NCBI GenBank assembly: GCA_964016885.1
Contig: CAXHJY010001693.1
Coordinates: 81,744-145,743 of the forward strand
Length of the DNA: 64,000 nt
Direction: 5' to 3'
From: Eledone cirrhosa
Lineage: Eukaryota
The notes beneath the pieces are model-generated. The model was given only the letters and a program-made list of their open reading frames with translations. It searched no databases and had not been told where the DNA came from. A program made the translations under genes and the position numbers. Of this stretch, positions 1 through 12,379 are shown piece by piece; the first letter of the stretch is position 1; each line of letters begins with the position of its first letter.

Positions 1-36
1 TGCATGTATATTTGTATATATATATATGTATGTATG

Positions 37-99
<63 letters not shown>

Positions 100-317
100 G
101 TGTGTATATATGTATATACATACAGTGTGTATATGTGATGGTGTCTGTTTCAGTGTCATTTCATTATTATTATTATTATTGTTATTTATATTTTAGTGTT
201 TTTTGTCCTTTTTTTGTCTTTTTTTTCTTTTGCTTCTCTTTTTTTCTCAGAAATAAACAGAAAAAATGGAGAAAAATGGTAAAATACAATGAATAAAGGA
301 TGTTTGTTATAAAATGT

Positions 318-955
318 GGTGTAGTGGTGGTGGTGGTGTGATGTAGTGGTGGTGGTGTGTTGTAGTGGTTGTGGTGGTGTGATGTAGTGGTGGTGGTGTG
401 TTGTAGTGGTAGTGTGTTGTAGTGGTGATAGTGTGATGGTAGTAGTGTGTTAATGGTGGTGGTTGTGTATGTGTTATGATGTAGTAGTAGTGGTAATGGT
501 GTAATGTAGTTGCTGTAGTAGTAGTAGTATGTTAGTGGTGGTGGTTGTGTATGTGTTATGATGTAGTAGTGGCAATGGTGTAATGTAGTTGCTGTAGTAG
601 TAGTAGTGTGGTGGTGGTTGTGTATGTGTTATGCTGTAATAGTAGTGGCAATGGTGTAATGTAGTTGCTGTAGTAGTAGTAGTGTGTTAGTGGTGGTGGT
701 TGTGTATGTGGTATGATGTAGTGGTAGTGGTGGTGTTATGATGCTTCTCTTTAAACAGATGTAGTAGTAGTAGTAACAGTAGTACTGGTGGTGTTAATAG
801 TGGTGATGTGGTGTTGGTTGTGGTGTTAGTTGTAGTGGTGTTGTGTTAGTTGTAGTGGCGTTGTGTTAGTTGTAGTGGCGTGGTGTTAGTTGTGGTGGCG
901 TGGTGTTAGTTGTGGTGGTGTCGTGTTAGTTGTGGTGGTGGTGTTGGCGGGTGAT
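318..955. repeat. (GTA/GTG)n low-complexity tract 3' of the ARID2 stop
   Basis: Direct inspection. Confidence 0.85.
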
Positions 956-1306
956 GTCTAAAAAACTAAGGAGATGTGACATTTTTTTTTTATTATACAA
1001 AATACTGACGTGAAGAGTCCGCCTGCCGCCAAAAAATAGTAATTATGAAGTAGATCCGTATGGTGTGGCATGGAGAGATTGGCTGGGAGGGGGGCGGGGG
1101 AGATAGAGGGGGTGATGGAGCCCTTAAATGACTCACTAATAGGTGGAACACACACACACACACACATACATATACATACAGAACTAAAAATAAAGATGAA
1201 GATATTTCACACAAATTCATTTTTCTTTGGCTGGGGGAGGGGAGGGGGGGGATAATAAACAAATTATGAAAATTGTTGGTCAAGTTATGCCATATACACA
1301 TACATG

Positions 1307-1352
<46 letters not shown>

Positions 1353-1651
1353 CACACACATTATATATGTATATATACACATGCATATATATAAATATAT
1401 ACATATGTATATATATATATAATATATGAATATATATATTATACACATATATATACATATATGCATACACGTGTATATATAAATATATATATACACACAC
1501 ACAGAGTGATGAGATGATGTAAGAGAGAAAGAGAGAGAGAGATTAAACCAGCAGAGGTGGTGTAAAGAGGGTGGGGGTGAGAAGATAGAGATGTTCAGAG
1601 CGAGAAAGCAGGTAAGGTTAGGCCAAAGGTTTGGTGACGGCCCATAGCCTG

Positions 1652-1757
1652 CTAATGATGCTCAAGGATTTCCCAAAGGCAGTTAGCTAATGCATTGGAG
1701 GACTCGACTGCGCTCATGGCAGTGTAGCCCAGGTAGGTCTCGTGCTTCTTCATCAAT
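1652..1757 (-). CDS. ARID2: ARID2 last coding exon 21 ([34 protein letters not shown])
   Basis: ttccag| acceptor; TAG at 1652-1654. Confidence 0.95.
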
Positions 1758-3237
1758 CTGGAACAAAAACGGAGAAAAAAATAGATTAGATAGCTACAAA
1801 ATATTATACACGTGTTTGTATATATATATATACAGAATGGAAGCACATGGCTTAGTGGTTAGCGCATTGGCCTTGCAATCGAAAGGTTGTGAGTTCAATT
1901 CTCAGACCGGGTGAGGTGTTGTTTCCTTGAGCAAGACACTTTATTTCACATTGCTCCAGTTTACTCAGCTGTAGAAATGAGATGATAGGACTGGGGTTCC
2001 TATCATTCCACTGCAAAGTAGTCGTGGAGGCGCCACGGAAAAAAGCACCCAGCACTCACTGTAAATGAGGTTGGTGTTAGGAAGGGCATCCAGCTGTAGA
2101 AATCAGGCCAGAATCAGTTCCCGTCCCACCCTTGCAAGCAGGGAAAAGCGGACGTAAAATGATGATGATGATGAATACAATTGCAAATACAAGTGGCCAA
2201 AATGGGATTCCTCCAAAGGGTCTTTGGAGTAACGTTACTCGATAAAGTGCATAGCTTGGAGATCACAGCTCCGATACTATGGACATGTGGTTAGAATGTC
2301 TCAGGCAAGAATTGCTGGACAGATTTTACGGACAAAACCAACCGGCAGGAGACCCAGCAAGATGGTTGGATAACATCCATGAGTTTGGCTGATCTCGCTG
2401 AGAGATCCAGCCAGATTAGTTGGAGACGGTTGCTTCTGACAGGACCAGGAGTGTTTGAGGACTCTGCTCCTACGACCTTCTCAGGAATAACTGGACGAAG
2501 AAGAAGAGAACCAAGGGGGTTTTAGGCAGTTTGGTTTGGTATGAAAAGGATCAAAGACAGCTACCAACCTTCGACCAAGTGTTGAGTATCGTGATAAATT
2601 CCTTAGAATCAACGCTGCAGTTAATCTGATGTGTTTTGTAACTGGTCCTTCACGAGCTTCCTGGAGAGAAAAGTAACAGAAATTCGAATTAGAAATGAAA
2701 ATATATATATATGTGTGTATATATATATATAGAGAGAGAGAGAATATAGTAGTGATCAGATTCAGTTAGGGGAAATCGAAGACTGTGTCAACATGCAATG
2801 GTTTTAACTCGACAAGTGAAAGGTTTATCCTAGTGTTTCCGTGGTGGTTAACCGTGGGTACAATGAAGGTAATTCCAGGAGTGTTTATATATAAGAAGTA
2901 ACATGAATACGACAACATCGCAGTTAGAGAACTAACATTTATTTATTATGTAATTATATAATAAATGTTGATCCTCTAACTGTGATGTTGTCATATCCAT
3001 GTTACTTTATATATATATAATGTAAATAAAGAAAGAAAAAAAGGAAAAGCCGACATGTTATCAACATCGAGTTAGGTTGATGTGATTTTGAAAAATTTAT
3101 TTTACTCTTTGTCTTATTAATCTCAGTAAAATAAACACATGTTCAGCTCAACTTACACACATATATAAACACACATGAATATAGGCTCTTAGACACACAG
3201 CAGAAATATTTATACATACATATATACATAAACATGT

Positions 3238-3280
<43 letters not shown>

Positions 3281-4822
3281 AAAAAAGGAAGCTGATCATC
3301 AGACTGGACCGAGGAAACAGTGTTTCCATTGGTCTGTCGCAACTCCTGGCAGAAGGAGGTAAGATTTGAACCCAGAAGACACAGGAGGGCACTGGAACAA
3401 ATACCAAAGTATTTGATGTGACACTTTAACCACAACAACCAGCATGACATCACCACTACACTACCACCACTCCAACAACCATCAAAACAGTTACCACAAT
3501 CACAATTGCGACCACCATCTCCATCACAACCCCCACTAAAGTAACCACCATCACAGCACCACACCACTATAACAACAACCACCACCACCTCTACAACAAC
3601 AACAACCACCACTACTACTATAACCACCACAGCACCACACCACTACAACAACAACCACCACTACTATAACCACCACAAGCACCACCACTTCATATAATCT
3701 GTTATAATTAAGTCAGGTGAAAATATGGAGAACATTTTTCATCTCGATAAAAAAAAACAAAATAACGAAGAAGATAAAAGATAAAAAAAGATGAAAGACA
3801 AAATTAAAAATTATAAAAAAAAAAAATCATTCAAAATTATAGAATTTTTAAAAATTAATGAATCAAACAACAAAAATATTAATGTCAACAACAACAACAT
3901 GAGGAACATTTAGACATTAAAAAATACACAAAACATGGACAAGCAATCGCAAAATATGAGGAAATAAGAGGTAGGTAGGGATGTAAACATGCAAGGGTTG
4001 AGGTAGAAGCAAAGCAAGGGTAATAAAGATGCAGCAAAGATGATTGTTGAAAAGCTCTAAAAATGGCCATGCACAAATTATCATTATTGTTGTCATTATT
4101 ATCAATATTTCATTGTGCTTGCCTTGTTCTGTACAGCATCTCCTTCCTGTCGACAGGTAAAAGGTTAATATGTAGCTTTTAAAGATATTATCACCAACAA
4201 CCAAGGCTCTCCTTCCCCTCGTTTGTCAACAAAGATTAGGGATTTCAACTCCCAACCAGCCCCCAAACCCACTTCATAACACACCTCACAACAACATAAT
4301 CCCACCATCACATACTAGAAGAGATTTAAATACAGTAAGTCCCCCACATTATGAACAAACTTCCGCAGATAGGAACAGTCCCACGAGGAAAACAAATTAA
4401 CTGTCGATAACTTTGTTGTCTGTTTTAAACTCCAGATGAACCGAGGATTGCACTGTGCATAGAGCTTCTCTCACCTTACCAAAGACAATAGTGAAGTGTT
4501 CCACTATAATTATATATATATATGAAAAGATTTAGCACCTCGACGGCTGAGCTCTGGCCAAGTATCGAGTACTCTGGTGGGTTATAGTCTAGCTGGGTTT
4601 TACCACACCCTATCTGATATATATATATAAAAAATTTCAGGATCCCGACGGCTGTATGTATGTATACCAAGACGGTAGGAAATGGTTTTCCATAGTCTTA
4701 GCTGCTCACAGTTACTCATTCACAAAGGATGCTTAGAAGGCAGATAGGATCAAAACACTCGGAGTGCTAACCAAATGTATATTTGTAACGGAGCTGTAGC
4801 ACTAAGAATAAGTCCTGGACCC

Positions 4823-4864
<42 letters not shown>

Positions 4865-6294
4865 TAATTCCACAATTACCAAACCATACTTCAGCACATG
4901 CATTTCAAGTTTGGTAATTGCTGTGGAACTAAATCTATACCCAACTTGTCATTTCGACTGGGCGCTCTACGAACTTTGGATATAACCTCCAGATATTTCA
5001 CTACACTATTTTTATTTATTTTTTTTTTTCATCATTTTACGTCAGCTTTTCCCTGCTTGCAAGGGTGGGACGGGAACTGGTTCTGGCTCGATTTCTACAG
5101 CTGGATGCCCTTCCTAACACCAACCTCATTTACACTGAGTCCTGGGTGCTTTTTGCTGTGGCACCTACACGACCACTTTGCAGTGGAATGATATGGACCC
5201 CTGTCCTATCATCTCATTTCTACAGCTGAGTAAACTGGAGCAATGTGAAATAAAGTGTCTTGCTCAAGGAAACAACACATCACCCAGTCTGAGAATTGAA
5301 CTCACAACCTTTCGATTGCAAGGCCAATGCTCTAACCACTAAGCCATGTGCCTCCACATATATATATATATATTAGTTCAGATTAAGAGTTTAAGCAATA
5401 AATTTCCGCCTTCACCCTAAGCAGGATCATCTGAAACTGAGAAAAATCAATCTGTAGACGCAGAAGTAAATATTTAAAAAAGTTACGACCAAATACTGAC
5501 TTTAGAAAACAGGAAGACATAATGGTGGTGTGAAGATGTTCTCTTGAGACAGGCGAAATGTACGCAAGGAGAATAACGTAATTATGTGGAGCAGGAAGAA
5601 CAAATTCTTGATATGGAAAAATCAGGAGACTAATACACACACACACATATATTATATATATATATATATATATATCAGCTTGAAAAGTTTTTACATATTT
5701 CAAAGCTTTGGTCAGTTCATAAGGAACTTCTGGACAGCGTCTGTTCCTAAGACTGATTAATGGTGCATTGTGAAGGACCAAGTGCTGCAGACAATGTACG
5801 AGTGTTTGACTGTTGTTCAACCATTTCAAGCAAGGCCTCATCTTCCACAACCGAATGTCACCTTCACTTTGAAACTTCTGAGCCAGTTTTGTGCTACAGA
5901 TTCGTTGACACTTCCTGGGCCTTCCACATCATTAATTTCTTTTGCCGCTACCCTTGCACATAGTTGTTCTTCCACAGGTAGAGTAAAATGGCTCTAATTA
6001 CAATGTTTTCACCACTCATTATTAAAATAAAGATCAAACAATTCAAAAATGATTGGACAACAAGTTGTATCAAACTAATTATATAACATGGAGGTACAAG
6101 TTGCCAAATGGGATCAGTGAAAATCCCCCAAAACATTTGAGTCAATAAGGAAATGCCAAGAAATCGCAGTAGAGGACGACCAAGAAAGACCTGGGCAGAG
6201 ATGGTGAGAGAAGCCGTGGTGTGAAAGACTCGTCAAACTCATGCAAGTGTTGAAAAATGGACGTAAAAAGATGATGATATATATACAGATACAT

Positions 6295-6325
<31 letters not shown>

Positions 6326-9300
6326 CACACACACACATATATCCTCCACCAACACCACCCTCATTTATTCCCCTCCCTTCCACCCATGACCATATAGTGT
6401 TAGAGTGATTATCTCAGGTGCAGGTTAGACAGGCAAGGTGAAGTAGGGAGGGGGGGTCAAACTTGTGTGGGGAGGGGGAGAGAGAAGTAGCTGGAAAGAG
6501 AGGGAAGGAAAGAGAGAGGAGAGATCCTGTTGAGATGAGAGCTGGCAAGAGAAATAGCTAGAGTGAGTTAGATACATATAGAGAGTGAGATAGATAGATA
6601 GAGAGTGACCAAGAGATAAATAGAAGGAGCGAGATATAGCAAGAGATAGATAGAGAGTGAGCAAGAGATAGACAGAGGGAGAGAAAGAGAGAGATAGCGA
6701 TAGATAGATGGAGGGAGAGGGGGAGAGAGAGAGAGAGAGACTCACCTGAAACATCGGTTTAACACCGAATGGCATCGTAGGGAAAACATAATCGGCGTTT
6801 CTCGGTTTGTAATCATATCGCGGGTAATGGTGGACTGAGTGTGGCACAAAGTTTGTGGGCTACAAGAGAAGATCCAGCTAGGAGTGAGACACGGATGCTC
6901 AAGTCATCAACACTAACGAGGTGAGGCTAACGAGCTGAGAAAGGGATGCAGAGTGTTTGCAGAAATGGATGAGTGCCTGCTGCAAACCCACAAGAGGGGT
7001 TTTTAAAAGACAAGACCCGACTGACTGACATAGAAACTTCACCTTTGGAATGATTGACTGCAGCAAAACTCAGAGAAAAATAATAACAAAACCCTGATCC
7101 ACAAAGTGATAAAAACTGGGATTAACCATAAAAATGTTTGCAAAAAAATGGAATTGAACCCACAACCTTAAGTTTAAATCCCTAACCACTGGGCCATACG
7201 CTTTCATTATATAATAATTATTTCTGATTTAGGCACAGAGCCAACAATTTGGGGGAATGGGAAAGTCAAATCGACCCCAGTACATTACTGGTAATTTATT
7301 TTATTGACCCCTGTAAGGATGAAAGGCAAAGCTAACCTTGGCAGGTTTTGAACTCAGAACTTAATGACAAAGATTGACCACAAAAATGTTTAAAAAAAAA
7401 GAAAACCTTTGAACACGAACTGCAAATTATGGAAGATCCACCCACTTTTTAAACTGGGTTTTTCTTTTTTCGGTGATGGATCTAACTCATTGCACCTCAA
7501 TCACATTTATGAGGGTACCTTCAACAGAGACCCACTCTGTTAAAGATAAGATGACAAGGGACAATGGTTACAGGACTAAGGACTACAGCAAACAGGAGGG
7601 TTTTTATTAAGTCCTGATCAACACAATCGCTGTTACATCTCACACCTATGTAGGTTTAGCTGGCCTCCTACGATGTTGTATTTCATAGGAGGTTTCTTGG
7701 GTGTTTTAATAATAGAGATCCCAGTCCTATCATGTTGTTGTTACATCTCACACCTATATAGGTTTAGCTGGCTTCCTACGAGGTTGTATCTCACAGGAAG
7801 TTTCTCGTGTTTTAACGACCCCCCTCCATATCATTAAGATTCTACCCTCCCCAGCTGAAGGACACAACCCACTGCTCTGCCCAGGGGCAAGAGTTAAAAA
7901 GAGGCTTGACCAAGATAATAACACTGGAGATATTAACCAGAGAAATGTTTTAAAGAAAGAAAAATGGTGACCAAGAGATTACAAACTGTAAGGTACGAAA
8001 ATTTAAGCCTGAATCAAAGATCAAGCCTGAAGCTAGAGTCAAACCTGAACCGAGAATCAAAGATCAAGCCTGAAATAAGAGTTAAGTTGAACCAGGATCA
8101 AGCCTGAACCATGACTTAAAACTTGAACTTTGAGTCAAGAGTCAAGTCGACATTTTGAAACCATACAATGGAAAAAAAAAAAAATTTTTTTTTCTTTGTT
8201 TATGTTTAGAAATTTCAACATTGAGGGGGAAAGTTGGGAAGAAGAAATAAAAAAAAATATAGAAAACTCGAATAAAAGTTTCAAAACATGCAAACATACA
8301 AATAAACAAACAAATCTCTTTTGCAAAAGAGATTAGGGTAGAAGGAGAAAAAAAAAAAAAAAAAAAGACATTATTATGCAAGATTTGGATTAAAATAATA
8401 AAACAATACTTTGGTTAAGTCATGTCAATATTTTCACAAACAAAAATCAATTGAAAAAAGGACACAAGAAAGATTACCATGCCAACACATCACTAGCTGC
8501 CAGAATATCACAAAGAAACAAACAATATATATGTGTATGTATGTGTGTATATATATATATATATATAAAATAATGTTGTCTCTGATCGAGACGAAACAAG
8601 AGTCTATTTGAATACATATGAAAGTGAGAAAACTCATTGCTCTTCGATCAGCTGACAGAGGACAGAGACCAGCGGCCAGAGAGACAATAGGTGGGTGGGT
8701 GATAGGCAGCTTTCCTACATTTCATCTGACTGTCACCCACCTTGTGTATTGTCTCTGTTGACCACTGGTCTGTCCTTTCAGGCAGTGTTTTGCTCATCGT
8801 TGATCTCATCATCATCATCATCGTTTTACGTCCGTTCTTCCATGCTAGCATGGGTTAGACGGGTTGTCCTGTTGTGGGCAGTGTCTGGTTGGCTGACCAT
8901 GCCTTGCTCATACAGGAACTGATTCTGGCTTGGTTTCTACAGCTGGATGCCCTTCCTAACACCAACCTCATTTACAGTGCGTGCTAGGTGCTTTTTTTCC
9001 GTGGCACCTACACGTCAACTTTACAGTGTGGGCTGGGTGCTTTTTTGCCGTGGCACCTCCACGACCACCTTGCAGTGGGAGGGTGTGGGGGCATATTGTC
9101 TATATGCTTCAGCTTGTACCCATGGGAGGTCGGGTACTATGTATTACTGTGTGACGCCAGAGGTCACGGTCGTGTGTCATCACCTTTGAGAGGTGTAATT
9201 GGGTAAGGTCGGCTTTTATCACCTCATCTCAAGTCTTCTTGGGTCTCCCCACTCATCTAGCGATGAATTTTCTCATTTTTATATGTATTCAAATACAGTC

Positions 9301-9479
9301 ACACTTCATCTCTATCAGAGACAACATTGTGTATATGTATATATATTGATATATAGTCTTGGGTGTTAAAAAAAACTATGAGAGAGAAATTAAAACATGC
9401 TTCAATAAGTTTTCAAATCTGTTAATAATAATAATGATAATATCAAACAGGAACTTATAAACCAGACAAACATAGGTAC

Positions 9480-9521
<42 letters not shown>

Positions 9522-9584
9522 ACACGTGTGTGTGTATATTAAACAAGAGCATCTGAACAAATGAACATATGTATGCGTGTGTGT

Positions 9585-9667
<83 letters not shown>

Positions 9668-10134
9668 TATATATATATATATACACACATATATATATAC
9701 ACATACACACATATATATATATATATATTAGACAACAATAAGCAACTAACTAAAAGCGTTAATTATGTTTCTGAAGTTTCTACCTTTGACATCCACAAAT
9801 GCAAATATACAGACACAAACACTCCAACATCCGACACACAGACAGAAAAATATTTGGCTTTCATTCTTTGTGCCAATACATATATATTTATATTGGGTGT
9901 ATACACATGTAAACATGTTATATATATATATATATATATCTGTACATTGGGTATATACACATCTATACATGTCAGAACACAGGTTAACTGAGACTGCAAA
10001 AATGTGTGTGTCTGTGTGTATATATATCAGAATGGATTCAGTTAGACCATTACTCTCCAGAGTACTCAATACTTAGAGTAGCAGAGCATTGTTATATGAA
10101 TGAGTCAGAACTCCCACATTCATATAATATATAT

Positions 10135-10173
<39 letters not shown>

Positions 10174-11291
10174 CTGACACATTGAGCATATTAGACAGTA
10201 AACATGTCAAATTTACGTATTTCCCCATAAAATGAAAAAATGACAAATATCCCTAATCGACTGACAACCCTTAATGGGGGTGGTGGTCATCAGAGGATAT
10301 GTACATAAAACAAGCACAAAGAAATACGTAAGTGAAGGCCTTATATTTATGTATGTTTTTTTTTGTTGGTCATGATCAAACAGTTAGGGTTGCCCTATAG
10401 AAGGGCTCCCTAAATACATACATACACTCCCCTCCGCCCTCTATATCAGTTGATCTGATATACCTCCTTCCAATCACTGACATCCAAGACCACATTCAGA
10501 ATAACTAAATGCCATCCACCGGTCTAATAAACCCCTAATGGTTATATTGTGTCCATTGTTCTGTCTATCCTATTCCAACTGTAGATGGGACCTGATGCCC
10601 TCATCCACAGTCTATATTAACCCTTTACCATCTACATTACTCTATATTTACTATTGTATTTTCACAGTAAAGGCTTTACCTCACATAAATATCAAATCTA
10701 TGAGATTTTGATATTTATTTTGAGAACGATAGCTTAACATTGGTATGAATGGCTGGTTACAGCCGGTTTGAACAGAAATAGGTGAGAGAGTTCTGACCAT
10801 CCACAATGTTTCTGTGTATGATGATATTTAGAAAGGCTTAACCCTTTAGTATTTACATTACTCTATATTTACTGTCGTATTTTCATGGTAAAAACTATAT
10901 CTCACATAATATTGAATCTATGAGATTTTGATATTATTTATTTTGAGAAGAGGTGAGGGAATTCTGGCCAGATTCGGCCGGTTTAAATGCTAAAGGGTTA
11001 AAGAAAAACTACTTATAACTGCCTACACACTTCACCACGACAGAATCTTATCTCGTCCACTTCTTTATCAGATTTTTTACACCTATTCTCATTTTCTTTC
11101 TATCCCCCATCCACAAGCCTCTGGACCCTTATATTATATATAAAATATTATTTCTATAAGAAGTGACTTCTACAGGTTTAGTTCTGTTTCATATGATGAT
11201 GGAACACAACTAGTCCTGAAGAAGTCACTTCTCTGGTGATCATTATTTCTATATTTATAAGGAAAATAAGTGGGGTTCAAAAAGCGTGCCT

Positions 11292-11340
<49 letters not shown>

Positions 11341-11458
11341 ACCCTTTTTTATTTATATACATACCAGGCGCGTTTTCCGAATCCCCCTTTTTTTCATTAT
11401 CATTTTGCTTATATATTGTGATCTGTAAAGAATTTTTTCTAACCTCCACACTTTTTTT

Positions 11459-11505
<47 letters not shown>

Positions 11506-11910
11506 AGATCAAAAGATGGTTAAAGGAGTTCCATATATTTTATTATGCGCATTTCAAAAACAAACATCATCATCCAATAATATTTGTGTTTTCATCAGAT
11601 AAAACAGGAGAACATGATATGAAGGCTAAAAAACACTTGTGGATAGTGCAGTTTTAAATCAACATATAAAACTGCACTATCCACAAGTGTTTTTTAGCCT
11701 TCATATCATGTTCTCCTGTTTTATCTGATTAAAACACAAATATTATTGCATGATGATGTTTGTTTTTGAAATGCGCATAATAAAATATATGGAACTCCTT
11801 TAACCATCTTTTGATCTTATATATTATGCATACTCCAGTCCTACAAACTGTAGAGTGCTTCTTATCCGATATCTGCATTGCTTTATTGTACTACAATAAA
11901 ACTCACCTCC

Positions 11911-11964
<54 letters not shown>

Positions 11965-12347
11965 CACACACATATATATATATAAATAATTTACCCTAGC
12001 AATTAATATCCTGGTTCATTTCTATTTAATCCATGCATTTTTATATTTTAATCTAATTATCTAATTATTATTTTTAGCTAGTGCTGCCAAAATACTATGT
12101 TTGATGTGGTTAAAATGTAGTAGTAGTAGTAGTAATAGTAGTAGTAGCAGTAGTAGTAGTAGTAGTAGTAGTAGTAGCAGTAGTAGTAGTAGTAGCCTTA
12201 GGTGAATGATGTTCTCAATAACCGCACGTCATCAGCAGTGATTGAAAACTCACCATTAACTCAGGGAAAGGTGGCCTTGCTGAAAACCGTCTAATAGCTT
12301 GGATGGCAGCGTCCGGAGGATAGACGAGATTAGCAGATCCAGGGGCA

Positions 12348-12379
<32 letters not shown>

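Noticed and set aside
1838-1912. tRNA-like sequence
   Set aside because: It is the SINE head and continues into SINE body; imperfect cloverleaf. The same applies to the other copies and to about 37180.
3290-3345. CTGATGA/GAAAC hammerhead- or C/D-box-like motif on the minus strand
   Set aside because: Stems do not form a hammerhead topology, and the sequence matches a repeat also seen at about 28310-28380
5383-5850. 155-aa ORF
   Set aside because: Chimera of an out-of-frame mariner remnant, a microsatellite and unclassified repeat-like sequence
8003-8150. Degenerate ~18-bp repeat reading [16 protein letters not shown]
   Set aside because: Interrupted by stops, no splice or start context, antisense to ARID2
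12215-12253. Read-through of exon 19 ([12 protein letters not shown])
   Set aside because: A short open extension past a strong GTGAGT donor is expected by chance; no clear poly(A) signal was identified
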